Virus record (IMG/VR): IMGVR_UViG_3300013099_000024
Span: 1-55,286 of that record
From: a virus
Taxonomy: Duplodnaviria > Caudoviricetes
Strand: one strand, 5' to 3'
Length of the DNA: 55,286 nt
Below the pieces are notes generated by a model, which searched no databases, was not told the origin of the DNA, and saw only the letters and a list, made by a program, of their open reading frames with translations. The first letter of the stretch is position 1. Every line of letters starts with the position of its first letter. Both the position numbers and the translations under genes were made by a program. This document shows, in pieces, positions 38,403 through 48,355 of the stretch.

Positions 38403-38690
38403 TCATTGAACCACTATGTAAATCCTTCCATTCTGTTTCTCCAGTTTGAACCCTCTCTTGACAACCTGCATGAAGTAAGATCTCTCCACCTTGACATTCT
38501 GTTCAGCCAATGCAGCTCTAACCGCCTGATAGACGGCAGAAGCCAGGAGCTTTCTTTCGCCCGTTTTCTGAGCAATCTCTTTGACCATCTTCCTGATCCT
38601 CTCAGCTTTACCGCTCGACGTTCCTGGAGTAGGTCTCTTCATGCTCTCCTCCTTCGCCTGCTTATATAGACTCGCAATATCAACTACCAT
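38403..38690 (-). CDS. Small wHTH-like protein, family A
   Basis: Similar to 43470-43781 and 52454-52726. Confidence 0.6.
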   Translation of the reverse strand: MVVDIASLYKQAKEESMKRPTPGTSSGKAERIRKMVKEIAQKTGERKLLASAVYQAVRAALAEQNVKVERSYFMQVVKRGFKLEKQNGRIYIVVQ

Positions 38691-38736
38691 ACGCTCTCAC
38701 CTCCTGGCTGTTTGCAAGATTATTAAGGCTCTCGGG

Positions 38737-38752
38737 ATTTAAATACTTTGTG
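38737..38752 (-). promoter_or_regulatory. BRE/TATA promoter
   Basis: Minus strand cacaaagTATTTAAAT about 50 nt upstream of ATG 38690. Confidence 0.6.
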
Positions 38753-38778
38753 ATTCAAATGTTGAGACCATCACACAA

Positions 38779-38964
38779 TTAGATGCCTGCCTCCTCTTCG
38801 GTTTCCTCGACTATCTTTTCAACCTCCCATTTGAAGTCGTCCCAACTGCAATCGTAGCCGAGACTTTCGACAACCTTCTTGTATCGCGTGTAGAGGCGAA
38901 GAATCCACTTTCCTACTATCTCTACATCAGGTGTCTCATCCATAGTATCACTCTTCATACCCAC
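38779..38964 (-). CDS. Hypothetical protein
   Basis: Acidic 61-aa ORF. Confidence 0.45.
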   Translation of the reverse strand: MGMKSDTMDETPDVEIVGKWILRLYTRYKKVVESLGYDCSWDDFKWEVEKIVEETEEEAGI

Positions 38965-39081
38965 AGTTTACACATCTTTTCGGCGTCGGTGTTGTTCCAT
39001 ACCAAACCATAGGCGAGATCATTCTTCCTCCACATTTAGGACATCTACCTACATCTACCCACATTGATCATCACCTCCAAC

Positions 39082-39378
39082 TCAGGCTTTTCTCACCAAT
39101 ACTCTCCGCTTCCCACATTTGGGGCACTCAAAATACACATACCTTGTCGTTTCATGTTTTACCTCGCTCCACCAATCCATCTTAGCTCCGCACTGTCGAC
39201 ATCTCGCATCGAAAGGTTCACTGCCACAATCAAAGATAATCACATCCAGTATCCTCTCCAACTTTGACCGATATGCTTGCACAAGGCATTCTGCGCAGAT
39301 GATCTGGCCATCCTTCCAAACGCGTACACCTTCGATTGTCCTTCCACAGATTGCACATCTCATACTACACATATACAT
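39082..39378 (-). CDS. Zinc-finger protein
   Basis: Four CxxC pairs. Confidence 0.65.
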   Translation of the reverse strand: MYMCSMRCAICGRTIEGVRVWKDGQIICAECLVQAYRSKLERILDVIIFDCGSEPFDARCRQCGAKMDWWSEVKHETTRYVYFECPKCGKRRVLVRKA

Positions 39379-39967
39379 GAGCCGAAATACTCAACGTCCT
39401 GATTCTCTTGACTCTAATCCCCAACTCGGCTGCTACCCGGTAGCTTAATGTTAATAACTCAAAGTAATTCCCTGGCCATCCATTTTCCATATCGTTTGAT
39501 CTAAATACCGCAAAAGTATTTAGTCCTCCATCCCTAATCTTGAAGTCTACCATCACCATACAAGGTGGATTCTCACTTACCGTATCTGAAGGCCAATACA
39601 ATACGCATGCTGCTTGTCGGGTCTCTGGATGTTTGCGTAACTTAGCAATCACATTCTCGACCTGATTGCCTTCTGCCAATCTCTCTCCATAGCTATACTC
39701 CCATTCACCTGGTTCTGCCTTACATTCAGCGACATTAAGTGCATACTGCCAAACGAATGTTTCGCCCCATCGTTGGACGAAGTACCCTGGTAGTACTTCT
39801 GACGGTTTCTCAAATACTGGATCCTCAATGATAATCAATATTGGGTCCGCCTCCTTGTATTTTTGGCCACGTTCACTTTCGTAAATCTTGCCGTAATCAT
39901 CAATATATTCCAGGACTTTGTGGTATGCCTCCCCAGGCTTATGTCTAAATTTGAAGATTTTCACCAT
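39365..39967 (-). CDS. thyA: Archaeal-type thymidylate synthase
   Basis: YSYGERL, TRQA, PPCM, FRSND, WPGN (Asn suggests dUMP substrate). Confidence 0.85.
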   Translation of the reverse strand: MVKIFKFRHKPGEAYHKVLEYIDDYGKIYESERGQKYKEADPILIIIEDPVFEKPSEVLPGYFVQRWGETFVWQYALNVAECKAEPGEWEYSYGERLAEGNQVENVIAKLRKHPETRQAACVLYWPSDTVSENPPCMVMVDFKIRDGGLNTFAVFRSNDMENGWPGNYFELLTLSYRVAAELGIRVKRIRTLSISAHVYV

Positions 39968-40464
39968 TACATCATCACCTTCGTCCTAATGACCTCGCCA
40001 TCCCTCTTCAACCTCACAGGATGTTCTCTTCCCAACTCAACCTCTGTGATCGGTCTTCCTATCCTCTCAATCTCGGCTCGTCTCTTCGCCAAATTGAACT
40101 TCCTCACCCTTACCTCCTGTGTCACTACACTGAGATGATGACCTTCCTGCGGTCTTGCAAACATTTTCCATCGTCTCACATCCCTCACAATTCGATGCTT
40201 CCTCACAGGCGCGAAGACCTCGAGCCATACGATGTAGACGTTCTTGTAGACTGGCATGTGTAGCGATAATGATGACCTATAATCTCGATGAATCCTATGC
40301 GCACAATATGTGTAGAAGTTCACTGTTCCCTCTTTCATAGGTACTCGATCGGAAATGTCATATTCTAATAGCAATTGTTCGAAGTCCTTCGTCTGCCAGT
40401 TGTCATGGATTATCCCACAGAATGGGCATTCGATCTTTGCCTTGATCACATCAAACATACCCAT
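39967..40464 (-). CDS. Hypothetical protein (CxxC, WQTKD)
   Basis: MGMFD..CPFCG..WQTKDF. Confidence 0.6.
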   Translation of the reverse strand: MGMFDVIKAKIECPFCGIIHDNWQTKDFEQLLLEYDISDRVPMKEGTVNFYTYCAHRIHRDYRSSLSLHMPVYKNVYIVWLEVFAPVRKHRIVRDVRRWKMFARPQEGHHLSVVTQEVRVRKFNLAKRRAEIERIGRPITEVELGREHPVRLKRDGEVIRTKVMM

Positions 40465-40789
40465 ACGTCAACCCTCCAAATGTTTCCAGCCATCCGGCTA
40501 CTATCCTCAACTTCTTTGCTGTCTCCCGATTATCAACCACCTCCGCTGTCAACCTCAATCTGCTGGCAAACACCCTCATCTCCTCAGGCTTCACCATCAA
40601 ACGCCTAAGATCGCGTGTATCCATAATATCATCCCCGTTGCGATACTACCTACTATTATGGCTTCAATATCGTTCTCTACAATGCTGATTCCCAACCATT
40701 TAGATGCCGAGTCTCCAATCACACAGCCAAAACATAAACGAATATAGACAGTTCCATCAACTGACCTATCAACCATACTACCCCAATCA

Positions 40790-41044
40790 TCAGTAGTCAT
40801 CTCCCACCTCATACACAAACTTGTAGAAAGTACCACACTTCTTGCAGCGACACACATGTATCGATGCCTCATGTAGATTCTTCCTGTATATCAGTTCCTT
40901 GTCTATTGATCCGCACTGAGGACAATCAACAGACGACGGTATTGTATCGAAAATGCAATCTTCCATAGACTCAATCGCCTTCCGCAACTCTCGATACACA
41001 TCCCACAATTTGATCATTGCATCATATACATTCATCCTCATCAT
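40790..41044 (-). CDS. Zn-ribbon protein
   Basis: CPQCG..CKKCG. Confidence 0.55.
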   Translation of the reverse strand: MMRMNVYDAMIKLWDVYRELRKAIESMEDCIFDTIPSSVDCPQCGSIDKELIYRKNLHEASIHVCRCKKCGTFYKFVYEVGDDY

Positions 41045-41439
41045 CCTTGTCTACAAACAGTCTTATTATCGGTACGCCCTCTCTCAACACGTCCAAAGAT
41101 ATCGCTATCCTATTGAACGTGCATGTACCACCGGACGAGAAGAACATACATTGTCCAATAGGCAATGATCTCTTAGCAATGGACAATACTTGGGTTGTCT
41201 CTCATATGTCTCTACCACAATTTTGACTCTCTTCTTTCGCCACTCGGGCATCATCGTGTCCAACCTATCGATCACACTTATGGTCTTTTACCTTTAGTTC
41301 CCGATATTCTTCTTGCTCTTGTGGTAACAAATGATCTTTGCGTTGCAATTCCTCAAACCTATCCCTATCTTCCTCAGAATCAAAGAGCCATATCACATAA
41401 TCTTCTGTTGCTACATATCTTCAAACACCAATCTCATCA

Positions 41440-41853
41440 TCACCACCTCTGCAACCTCCTTACACCTACAACTCTCCCTCTCCTTCTCACCACACTTCTT
41501 GGACTTGTGTCAGGAGCCAGCAAATCTTTGCGTTTATGCAGCATTTTACTTACGAACGAGGGCACCAAATACATCACTCTTGGCTGTTGCATATGACAAT
41601 GCATCCTCCCATCTTGATGTTTGCAGTCTCTCCTACAATTCTCACATACGGATGGCAGCCCAACAACCTCTATTACCTCATTCTGGACAATTGGGATCTC
41701 CACCCCCTTGATGAAGGCGTATCCTACTACCTTCTGCCTCGTTCGTATGCGTACCACTCTTCCTGATGGAGGGAGAACTACCTTGCGGCCATCCACAAAG
41801 AACACAGCGGGATGTCGCAAACAGTTGATGATTTTCATTCTTTCAACCTCCAT
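41440..41853 (-). CDS. Viral N(L/C)xxH family protein with Cys-rich insertion; possible ring nuclease
   Basis: IINCLRHP, LPPSG, VVGLP, RKDLLAP, GRVVG. Confidence 0.45.
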   Translation of the reverse strand: MEVERMKIINCLRHPAVFFVDGRKVVLPPSGRVVRIRTRQKVVGYAFIKGVEIPIVQNEVIEVVGLPSVCENCRRDCKHQDGRMHCHMQQPRVMYLVPSFVSKMLHKRKDLLAPDTSPRSVVRRRGRVVGVRRLQRW

Positions 41854-42041
41854 ACCTTGCGATCAGGCGCTAGTTTTACCCTCTTGCTTCTTTTCAAAAT
41901 ACTCCACACTTCGGCTGGACTGATGTGAATCCTACTTTCCGCAGTAACCTTAGCTGCCAGCATCTGGATGTGCCAAACATCTCGTGGTATCAACCCACCT
42001 ATCTGCCGGAGAGCCTCAAGCACCAGTTCAACCTTGTTCAT
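41835..42041 (-). CDS. Small wHTH-like protein
   Basis: 68-aa basic ORF. Confidence 0.45.
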   Translation of the reverse strand: MNKVELVLEALRQIGGLIPRDVWHIQMLAAKVTAESRIHISPAEVWSILKRSKRVKLAPDRKVWRLKE

Positions 42042-42044
42042 CTG

Positions 42045-42530
42045 TCAGCCCTCCATCACCAAAGACGTGCCCATCCTCTTCACAGGCTTGGCTGCCTTCA
42101 ATCGCTCCAACAACACATTCCTCAACTGCCTGTTATCCACCTCTCTCTCCACTGCTTCAATCACTACAGGCATTACCATATCCTTCAATTCCTCCAGTCC
42201 AAATCCTACTGGCAGCAATGGATCAGACACCTCGATGTAGTTAGTGGCAAATTCAATACGTAGACTACCACTTTCAACTACAATCACATCCTCCTTCAAT
42301 AATCCTCCCACCTTCACCAACACTTCCACTGCCTCCCTCACTTCTTCCTCCGACACAAGCGGCTCAGTCCTCATTACGGTTTGCAATTCATCCCACGAAA
42401 TGATGCCTTTACGATAGGCTTCCCATAGGCTTTGGTCATCGATCTCCCATAGCTTCGGAGTAGCAGATAACTTCCAATCTCGGTACCAAGGCATCACATC
42501 ACCTCGACAGTGAATATAATGCCTCTGCAC
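42045..42530 (-). CDS. Hypothetical protein, family B
   Basis: AYRKGIISWDE; similar to 45535-45921. Confidence 0.6.
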   Translation of the reverse strand: MQRHYIHCRGDVMPWYRDWKLSATPKLWEIDDQSLWEAYRKGIISWDELQTVMRTEPLVSEEEVREAVEVLVKVGGLLKEDVIVVESGSLRIEFATNYIEVSDPLLPVGFGLEELKDMVMPVVIEAVEREVDNRQLRNVLLERLKAAKPVKRMGTSLVMEG

Positions 42531-42682
42531 TCCAATTCGTCGACAAGCTCTTCGCTGTAGGGTAGTACTACGGCCTCTCGATCACCGTCACAATAGCCTC
42601 CGAATGCTTCCATGAAGTCGTAGATGTCCATTAGGCTGGCTACTTCATAACCTACCAGGATGCGTTTCATAACAGTCATCAT
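42494..42682 (-). CDS. Hypothetical protein
   Basis: Acidic ORF overlapping both neighbours. Confidence 0.5.
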   Translation of the reverse strand: MMTVMKRILVGYEVASLMDIYDFMEAFGGYCDGDREAVVLPYSEELVDELECRGIIFTVEVM

Positions 42683-43412
42683 CCCTCAATTCCTCAGGCC
42701 ATTTGATACATGGACGAATCCAACATAAGAATCTTTTTACTTCCCCTTTACCTCCCCTCAATCTCAAATTTTCCATCCTAACTTTAGGATGTGATACCCA
42801 GCGCTTTACATCGAAATTATGTTGACACAATATGCTTTCTACTACATCCATTAGCTTGGTATTTGTATTACATACGACGTGTACATACCATGAATATCCA
42901 TTGAAGTAAATGCATCCTTCGCTCTCATATAGACCTCTCACAAATGCTCCTTGTAAATCAGGAGACCATCGTAACGGTTCGTCTATGGGTGTTTGTGTTA
43001 ACCGCTCATACAATTGTTTGCTGTAGCAAAACACTCGGTATAGTTTGTATTCATACAATTTCGGATTCAGACCAAGCCGTTTGAGCACATCTCTAACGCT
43101 ACATGCAAACTCGTAATCTTTGACCTGTAATTGAAAGCCATAGCTGTACATCTCTTCATTTCGAAACACTGAACCGTCCCCCAAATACACTCCGAAGATG
43201 TATGCCAAATCCTCCGTTATCTCGTCTGGTAATTTCTTCTCACATCTTAACCTTGTCGCCTCTCTACGATTGCGTCGAGGTATGCCATACATAGCCATCC
43301 AATCCCAAACTGTAGTGTACGATACTCCCAATCGTTTAGCTATCTGGTTGATACTCAAGCCTTCTTCCCAATACATACGATATAGGTCCTCCTTCGAAAT
43401 TCTCCTCGTCAT
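42645..43412 (-). CDS. Free-standing HTH + LAGLIDADG homing endonuclease
   Basis: LSINQIAKRLGVS HTH; LAYIFGVYLGDGS and FVRGLYESEGC. Confidence 0.88.
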   Translation of the reverse strand: MTRRISKEDLYRMYWEEGLSINQIAKRLGVSYTTVWDWMAMYGIPRRNRREATRLRCEKKLPDEITEDLAYIFGVYLGDGSVFRNEEMYSYGFQLQVKDYEFACSVRDVLKRLGLNPKLYEYKLYRVFCYSKQLYERLTQTPIDEPLRWSPDLQGAFVRGLYESEGCIYFNGYSWYVHVVCNTNTKLMDVVESILCQHNFDVKRWVSHPKVRMENLRLRGGKGEVKRFLCWIRPCIKWPEELRDDDCYETHPGRL

Positions 43413-43469
43413 GAGAATTTCACAATTTTGCCTGAATAACTACCAAATCACCAAAAAAAAATGGTGAAG

Positions 43470-43781
43470 TTATTCATCCTTCTGCTTCATGTCTATTACT
43501 ACGATGCTTCCAGACTCATCGATCCCAAACGCAAATCCTGCAGTCTTCGCCGACAATGCCATCCTCACTTTGCTGTAGATTTGCCTTCTATCAATACCCC
43601 ATCGTTCGTGGTAATTATTCTCCCTAAAATAGGCAACGATGTCCCTGAGCTTCATGTACTTCCTTCCGGCCATCAACTTCCTAACTTCCTGTCTGATTGT
43701 TTCACTCACACCACTGCGACTTCTAACACCCAATTTCTTCAGTTCCTCATACCTCTTTATCATCTCTTTCACATCCATCAC
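43470..43781 (-). CDS. Small wHTH-like protein, family A
   Basis: Paralog of 38403 and 52454 ORFs; followed by T9 tract. Confidence 0.6.
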   Translation of the reverse strand: MMDVKEMIKRYEELKKLGVRSRSGVSETIRQEVRKLMAGRKYMKLRDIVAYFRENNYHERWGIDRRQIYSKVRMALSAKTAGFAFGIDESGSIVVIDMKQKDE

Positions 43782-44527
43782 GCATCACCTCCTCATAGTG
43801 GCAAGCACTCCGGGTGTACATACATATAGTCTTCCTCGACTATAAACTCATCATCTGATACATATCCAAACCTGATCTGATAGCATCTCTCCCCTTCCAC
43901 AATTTCTTGACCACAAACATCACATTTCATCTATTCAACACCACCCTAACCTCCTCCACATACAGCCAAAGGTCATCGCCGCACACGCTACCTTGACAGA
44001 TTCGTCTTCAATCTTCATACTTATATACTCCATCCATTTCCTACCTTCATCAGTTTTCATCCATTCCTCAAACTCTCTAACCATATCCTCATCCATCTTC
44101 ATTTTGAATCTCACCTCTAATTACCTTCTCCACGATCTCCTTATGTCTCCTCCACAACTTCATTGGATCGGTCTCCCATCCATGACCTTCCGAATAGACC
44201 TCTTGATCATACCAAATGCTTACCTCATCTCCCTAAATACTCCAGTCTCAGCACACCTACCTACTCCAATCGGAATGTCCCAAGCCACTGTCGACACCCA
44301 GACACCCTTATGTTCAATCCATGTCTGATAGCACACCAACCTTTGGTCATATTTATCACTTCCTCCTTCTCTTTGCCTTCTCAACCGCACTATATGAGGA
44401 TACACTGATCCTCAAATGTTTAGGAGGATAGCCAGTAGGCCATCCTCCGCACATTCTGAGGTGATGTCTCCATCTGGATTTCCTCACATACACTCCACAC
44501 TTAGGGCAGATAGGCATCCGTCCTCAC

Positions 44528-44932
44528 CTACTCACAGTACACTTCTATGTCCATCAGCCTACAGCTTTCCGTCTTCCAATCGTACATCATACATTCTTCC
44601 CTCAAACAATCCTCCCTGGTCAATGGACACTTGCGCCTGTCTTCGATTTGTAACTCATACTTCAAATACCTCATCGCAGTTTCTACCTTTCCATATGTAT
44701 CCAGCAACCATCTGCTAAATCTCTCAATATCCCTCCTCACCATTCCAATGACATCCATGATTTCTCTCTCGCCTACATCATACCTCAGTTCCACACACTT
44801 CAGAGTCTTCATCACCGTCACATCGTCTGCCTCCCACTCTACATCTACCTTGCCTAACGACACCCAATGCTTGCACTGTAGTCGGACTTCCAATGTGTGT
44901 TCATCTACTATGTCTACTTCCACCTTAAACAA
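44528..44932 (-). CDS. Hypothetical protein, family C (C-terminal Cys cluster)
   Basis: CPLT..C..C..C; similar to 45938-46354. Confidence 0.6.
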   Translation of the reverse strand: MFKVEVDIVDEHTLEVRLQCKHWVSLGKVDVEWEADDVTVMKTLKCVELRYDVGEREIMDVIGMVRRDIERFSRWLLDTYGKVETAMRYLKYELQIEDRRKCPLTREDCLREECMMYDWKTESCRLMDIEVYCE

Positions 44933-44938
44933 CTGTCA

Positions 44939-45184
44939 TCACCTCACATTACATTCTTCCCTCAGTTTACACACATCACAAAACCTTTCCTCCATTCCTT
45001 CGAATCTGATGGGCACTAGCCATCGACCGTTTTTGGTGCAACAGACACAATCGCAGTTTGGTATTGGATACGGTCTTAGGAATGCTTTAGAATCTCTCAA
45101 CGCTATACCGTCATGGTGAGGACATTTCTCGCATTCTTCTAAACTTTTCTTCTCTCCATCTGGACATTCAACCCAATACTCCAT
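44939..45184 (-). CDS. Cys-rich protein
   Basis: Multiple CxxC; GAGGTGA RBS. Confidence 0.55.
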   Translation of the reverse strand: MEYWVECPDGEKKSLEECEKCPHHDGIALRDSKAFLRPYPIPNCDCVCCTKNGRWLVPIRFEGMEERFCDVCKLREECNVR

Positions 45185-45196
45185 GTTATTGTCACC

Positions 45197-45553
45197 TCAC
45201 TCAAACAACAAATCCGTTACCACCAACCTAAACTCGTCATTGACCACATGCGTTACCCACACCACCACATACGAATCTGCAAACCATGGTTCATCTCGAC
45301 CCAACACTCTACACAAGTCACCTAGCGTCATTACCAAGAACTCGCCATCGCCAGCAGGATGCTCCTCAACGACCTTGGCCTCTCTCTCCAGCTGTCTCAC
45401 TTTCTCGAGGTCTACAATTCCCACATCCCAGATATTAAACAATCCGTGGCCATCCACAGTCACCAACATGTCTTTACACTCGACCTCACAGACATCCCTA
45501 CCTGAGCCTACACCGAACCTCCTCAGACCTAACCTCATACCTCTCTCACCCAA
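45197..45553 (-). CDS. Hypothetical protein
   Basis: ORF in early cluster. Confidence 0.5.
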   Translation of the reverse strand: MGERGMRLGLRRFGVGSGRDVCEVECKDMLVTVDGHGLFNIWDVGIVDLEKVRQLEREAKVVEEHPAGDGEFLVMTLGDLCRVLGRDEPWFADSYVVVWVTHVVNDEFRLVVTDLLFE

Positions 45554-45921
45554 CCTTCGATTACCAATCTCTCTATCAACCTCTCCTTCAGCTCCCTATC
45601 TTCCACTTCCTCTTCCACCAACCTCCTTGGATCTCTAATGCCATATACCTCAATTTGTTTTGATCCAAAGACTACAGCATTTCCCTTACCATCATACACC
45701 ACTGGACACTTGACCTTCCGCAACACTCCCATCTTAGCCATGGCCTCCATCGTCAAGCAAATTTTCTCTTCATCCACCCCCTCCACATTGCTAATTGCTG
45801 CTTCATACTCCTCCCTTGTAATAATTCCGTTCTCGTAGGCTCTCCTAAAATCCTCACTTGACAGTTGCAACAACCTCTCTTTCTCCACAGTCTCAAACCT
45901 TTCCTCCCAATCAATTGGCAT
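45535..45921 (-). CDS. Hypothetical protein, family B
   Basis: AYENGIITREE; paralog of 42045-42530. Confidence 0.6.
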   Translation of the reverse strand: MPIDWEERFETVEKERLLQLSSEDFRRAYENGIITREEYEAAISNVEGVDEEKICLTMEAMAKMGVLRKVKCPVVYDGKGNAVVFGSKQIEVYGIRDPRRLVEEEVEDRELKERLIERLVIEGWVREV

Positions 45922-45937
45922 ATACTATCACCTCCTA

Positions 45938-46354
45938 TCAGATTTGGTTTACATCCACCCTCAACAAACAACAATCCCATGGTCTATAATACCACTTACA
46001 CCTCGGAGTACACTCAACTCCTGTTAATGGGCAAATCTCTACATTCACCACATTATATTTGGCTTTCAACTTCTCCACCAACTCTTCCATAGGCCTCGCC
46101 AATTCGTGTATAACCTCTCGTATCCTATCAATGTCATGTTCTATGGCCTTCTTTGCCTCTCCAACATCCGATACCTCATAATCTAGTCTTATACAATTGA
46201 GTTCCTTAGCAAACGATATCTTATCGACTGTCAAATCCCTTAGTAAATCCTTTGCCATTCTCTCCAATTCGACACAAATCCACCTATCTGTATATATCCA
46301 TACTGATAATTTGCAACCCTCCAGAACTTCTATTTCGACTTCAAATCTCGGCAT
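45938..46354 (-). CDS. Hypothetical protein, family C
   Basis: Paralog of 44528-44932. Confidence 0.6.
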   Translation of the reverse strand: MPRFEVEIEVLEGCKLSVWIYTDRWICVELERMAKDLLRDLTVDKISFAKELNCIRLDYEVSDVGEAKKAIEHDIDRIREVIHELARPMEELVEKLKAKYNVVNVEICPLTGVECTPRCKWYYRPWDCCLLRVDVNQI

Positions 46355-46541
46355 ACGACATTACCTCCTCTACAAACGCATCCAACACGTTCTCCTCAAT
46401 CTCTAACCCAACATACTCAACGAACTTCCGAAGAATCTCCCTTAATGCCAAAATCCATCTTGCCTTCTCCAACTCTTCCAAACTGATCCATTCACCCTTC
46501 TCGAATGCCTCCACAATTGTCTCAGCTTCTTCGACTTTCAC
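46341..46541 (-). CDS. Hypothetical protein
   Basis: Coupled ORF. Confidence 0.5.
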   Translation of the reverse strand: MKVEEAETIVEAFEKGEWISLEELEKARWILALREILRKFVEYVGLEIEENVLDAFVEEVMSYAEI

Positions 46542-46879
46542 CTCCTCTCCAAATACTTCTCTCCTAACTCAGTCAAACAATAACATCCCCGTCTAACCCT
46601 GATCACATACCCTTTCCTCATCAACGCCGCCAACGCCTTCCTTACACCTTGCGTATTCCAATTTAACTCCCTTACAATCGTTCGCAGTGCACAGTTACCA
46701 TGTCGCTGAATAACTTTCAATACAAGCATCTGCATCACTGTACATCCCTCATGAACATCCTCTCGGTCTCTGGATGCAACCCCACCAGTTCGCTTGGCCA
46801 TCATTCGATTACTTCCTCCAACTCTTTCACTTTGGCTTTCACTCTCTCCACAAAATCCCAATACCTTTTCAACCACCAT
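46538..46879 (-). CDS. wHTH transcription regulator
   Basis: LRTIVRELNW..VRKALAALMRKGYV..YCLTELG; real start probably further downstream. Confidence 0.7.
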   Translation of the reverse strand: MVVEKVLGFCGESESQSERVGGSNRMMAKRTGGVASRDREDVHEGCTVMQMLVLKVIQRHGNCALRTIVRELNWNTQGVRKALAALMRKGYVIRVRRGCYCLTELGEKYLERR

Positions 46880-47220
46880 TGATAGACCTCATATTCACCC
46901 AATCTCTGCTCATTAGGTTCCATATCAATAATACGTCCTTCCTTGACAGCCTTCTCAATTGCTTCCTTAGTCACCCCCTTCATCCTTCCCTCTGTTGGAT
47001 AAGCCCAATACACCACCAAGCATGTCCAACCCTCCAGCACGGGCTCACATGGCAGACATACTTTCCAACCTTCCTCACCCTCACTATCACTCCATTTACC
47101 CTCGATAAACCCTCGATATCTCAACATCCAATACACATAAAAAGGATAGTGTATCAAGCTATCCCTGAAGTTACCAGTCTTCCACAACTTCACAACCCAA
47201 GGCAGCCTACCAGATTCCAT
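46801..47220 (-). CDS. Hypothetical protein
   Basis: W/Y-rich ORF with RBS. Confidence 0.5.
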   Translation of the reverse strand: MESGRLPWVVKLWKTGNFRDSLIHYPFYVYWMLRYRGFIEGKWSDSEGEEGWKVCLPCEPVLEGWTCLVVYWAYPTEGRMKGVTKEAIEKAVKEGRIIDMEPNEQRLGEYEVYQWWLKRYWDFVERVKAKVKELEEVIE

Positions 47221-47437
47221 CCAATATCACCTTGACTTCCAACCTACCACTATTCACCACATATTTGATTTCCTTTACATCCTCATCTAACAGCCATACG
47301 CAACCACTATGAATGGCTACCAAAACCGTTCCAATCTTCAGCCAAACTTTACTTGCAGTATATGCTAATGTAGTCTCAATTACTCGACCCCTATGAATCC
47401 TCTCGAGAACCCACCTTCCTTCCTCTCCAAAAAACAT
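47207..47437 (-). CDS. Hypothetical protein
   Basis: ORF with AGGTGA RBS. Confidence 0.5.
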   Translation of the reverse strand: MFFGEEGRWVLERIHRGRVIETTLAYTASKVWLKIGTVLVAIHSGCVWLLDEDVKEIKYVVNSGRLEVKVILDGIW

Positions 47438-47634
47438 TCTAAATCACCTTTCACGTTGCCTTACCAAATCTGCCACAATCCTTGCACACTCACTACAAAT
47501 CCAAGGTATCGGCAGGAACTCCTCATTCGCGATGACTTCCTCTTCCTCATCTACCGGAGAATTACATAACGCACAATATCTTTGGGCATACCCTCGGATA
47601 TTCCCATACCTAACTCGATCCATTTCACATCACC

Positions 47635-47955
47635 TCAACCCCATACCAACTTTACCTCCCTATCTGGATCCTCCATATAATGCTTCCTCAACTCCTGCAA
47701 CGGCCATATCAATCTCATTGCACCCTCGATGTCTCCAATTTCCAAGTAAAATTGAACCCACTTCTTTAGGCTCTCCCAAATCTCATACAGTTTCACTACA
47801 ATTAATCCTTCCTCACCTACCTCTTCCATACCTCGTGCTCTACAAAAACTTACCAACCAATGGAGATGCTCTTCCTTGGCATTACACCCGATGTCGGCCA
47901 ACCATTCATCATTCCAATAATCCACTACCTTAATACAAATCCCCATCCTAATCAC
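47635..47955 (-). CDS. Hypothetical protein
   Basis: ORF in early cluster. Confidence 0.5.
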   Translation of the reverse strand: MIRMGICIKVVDYWNDEWLADIGCNAKEEHLHWLVSFCRARGMEEVGEEGLIVVKLYEIWESLKKWVQFYLEIGDIEGAMRLIWPLQELRKHYMEDPDREVKLVWG

Positions 47956-48157
47956 CCACCTTTATCCTCAAAACCTCATACAACCCATCCCCATCCTCCA
48001 CTCCTTTAATCACATACACCTCTCTACCTACTATCACAACTTCGACGACTTCCCTTTCATCTACCTTCAAGTCCACAACCTCCCCCTCCCTTTCCAACCT
48101 CTTGACTTCCTCCTCACCAACTAACATTCCCTCAACTTCCATACTCCCGAACCTCAT
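47948..48157 (-). CDS. Hypothetical protein lacking A, P, T, Q, H
   Basis: GGAGGTGA RBS; C-poor coding strand. Confidence 0.55.
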   Translation of the reverse strand: MRFGSMEVEGMLVGEEEVKRLEREGEVVDLKVDEREVVEVVIVGREVYVIKGVEDGDGLYEVLRIKVGD

Positions 48158-48355
48158 AGCATCGTCACCTCCTCCTGCGGAACTATCTCCACCTTATCCA
48201 TATCCAAATCCCCAGGCTTACCCAACCACAACCAACAAATCACCTTCAACGACCTCTCGTGCCACCTCTCTCTCGCCTACTTTGGCACACGAAAGATCAC
48301 TCTATCCTTCGACCCAGACCGTACTACACCTTCATTCCAATCTACAACTATCACA

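Noticed and set aside
39365-39967. dCMP hydroxymethylase / pyrimidine hypermodification
   Set aside because: Has the dUMP-type Asn, and no kinase or transferase partners were recognised; ordinary ThyA is simpler
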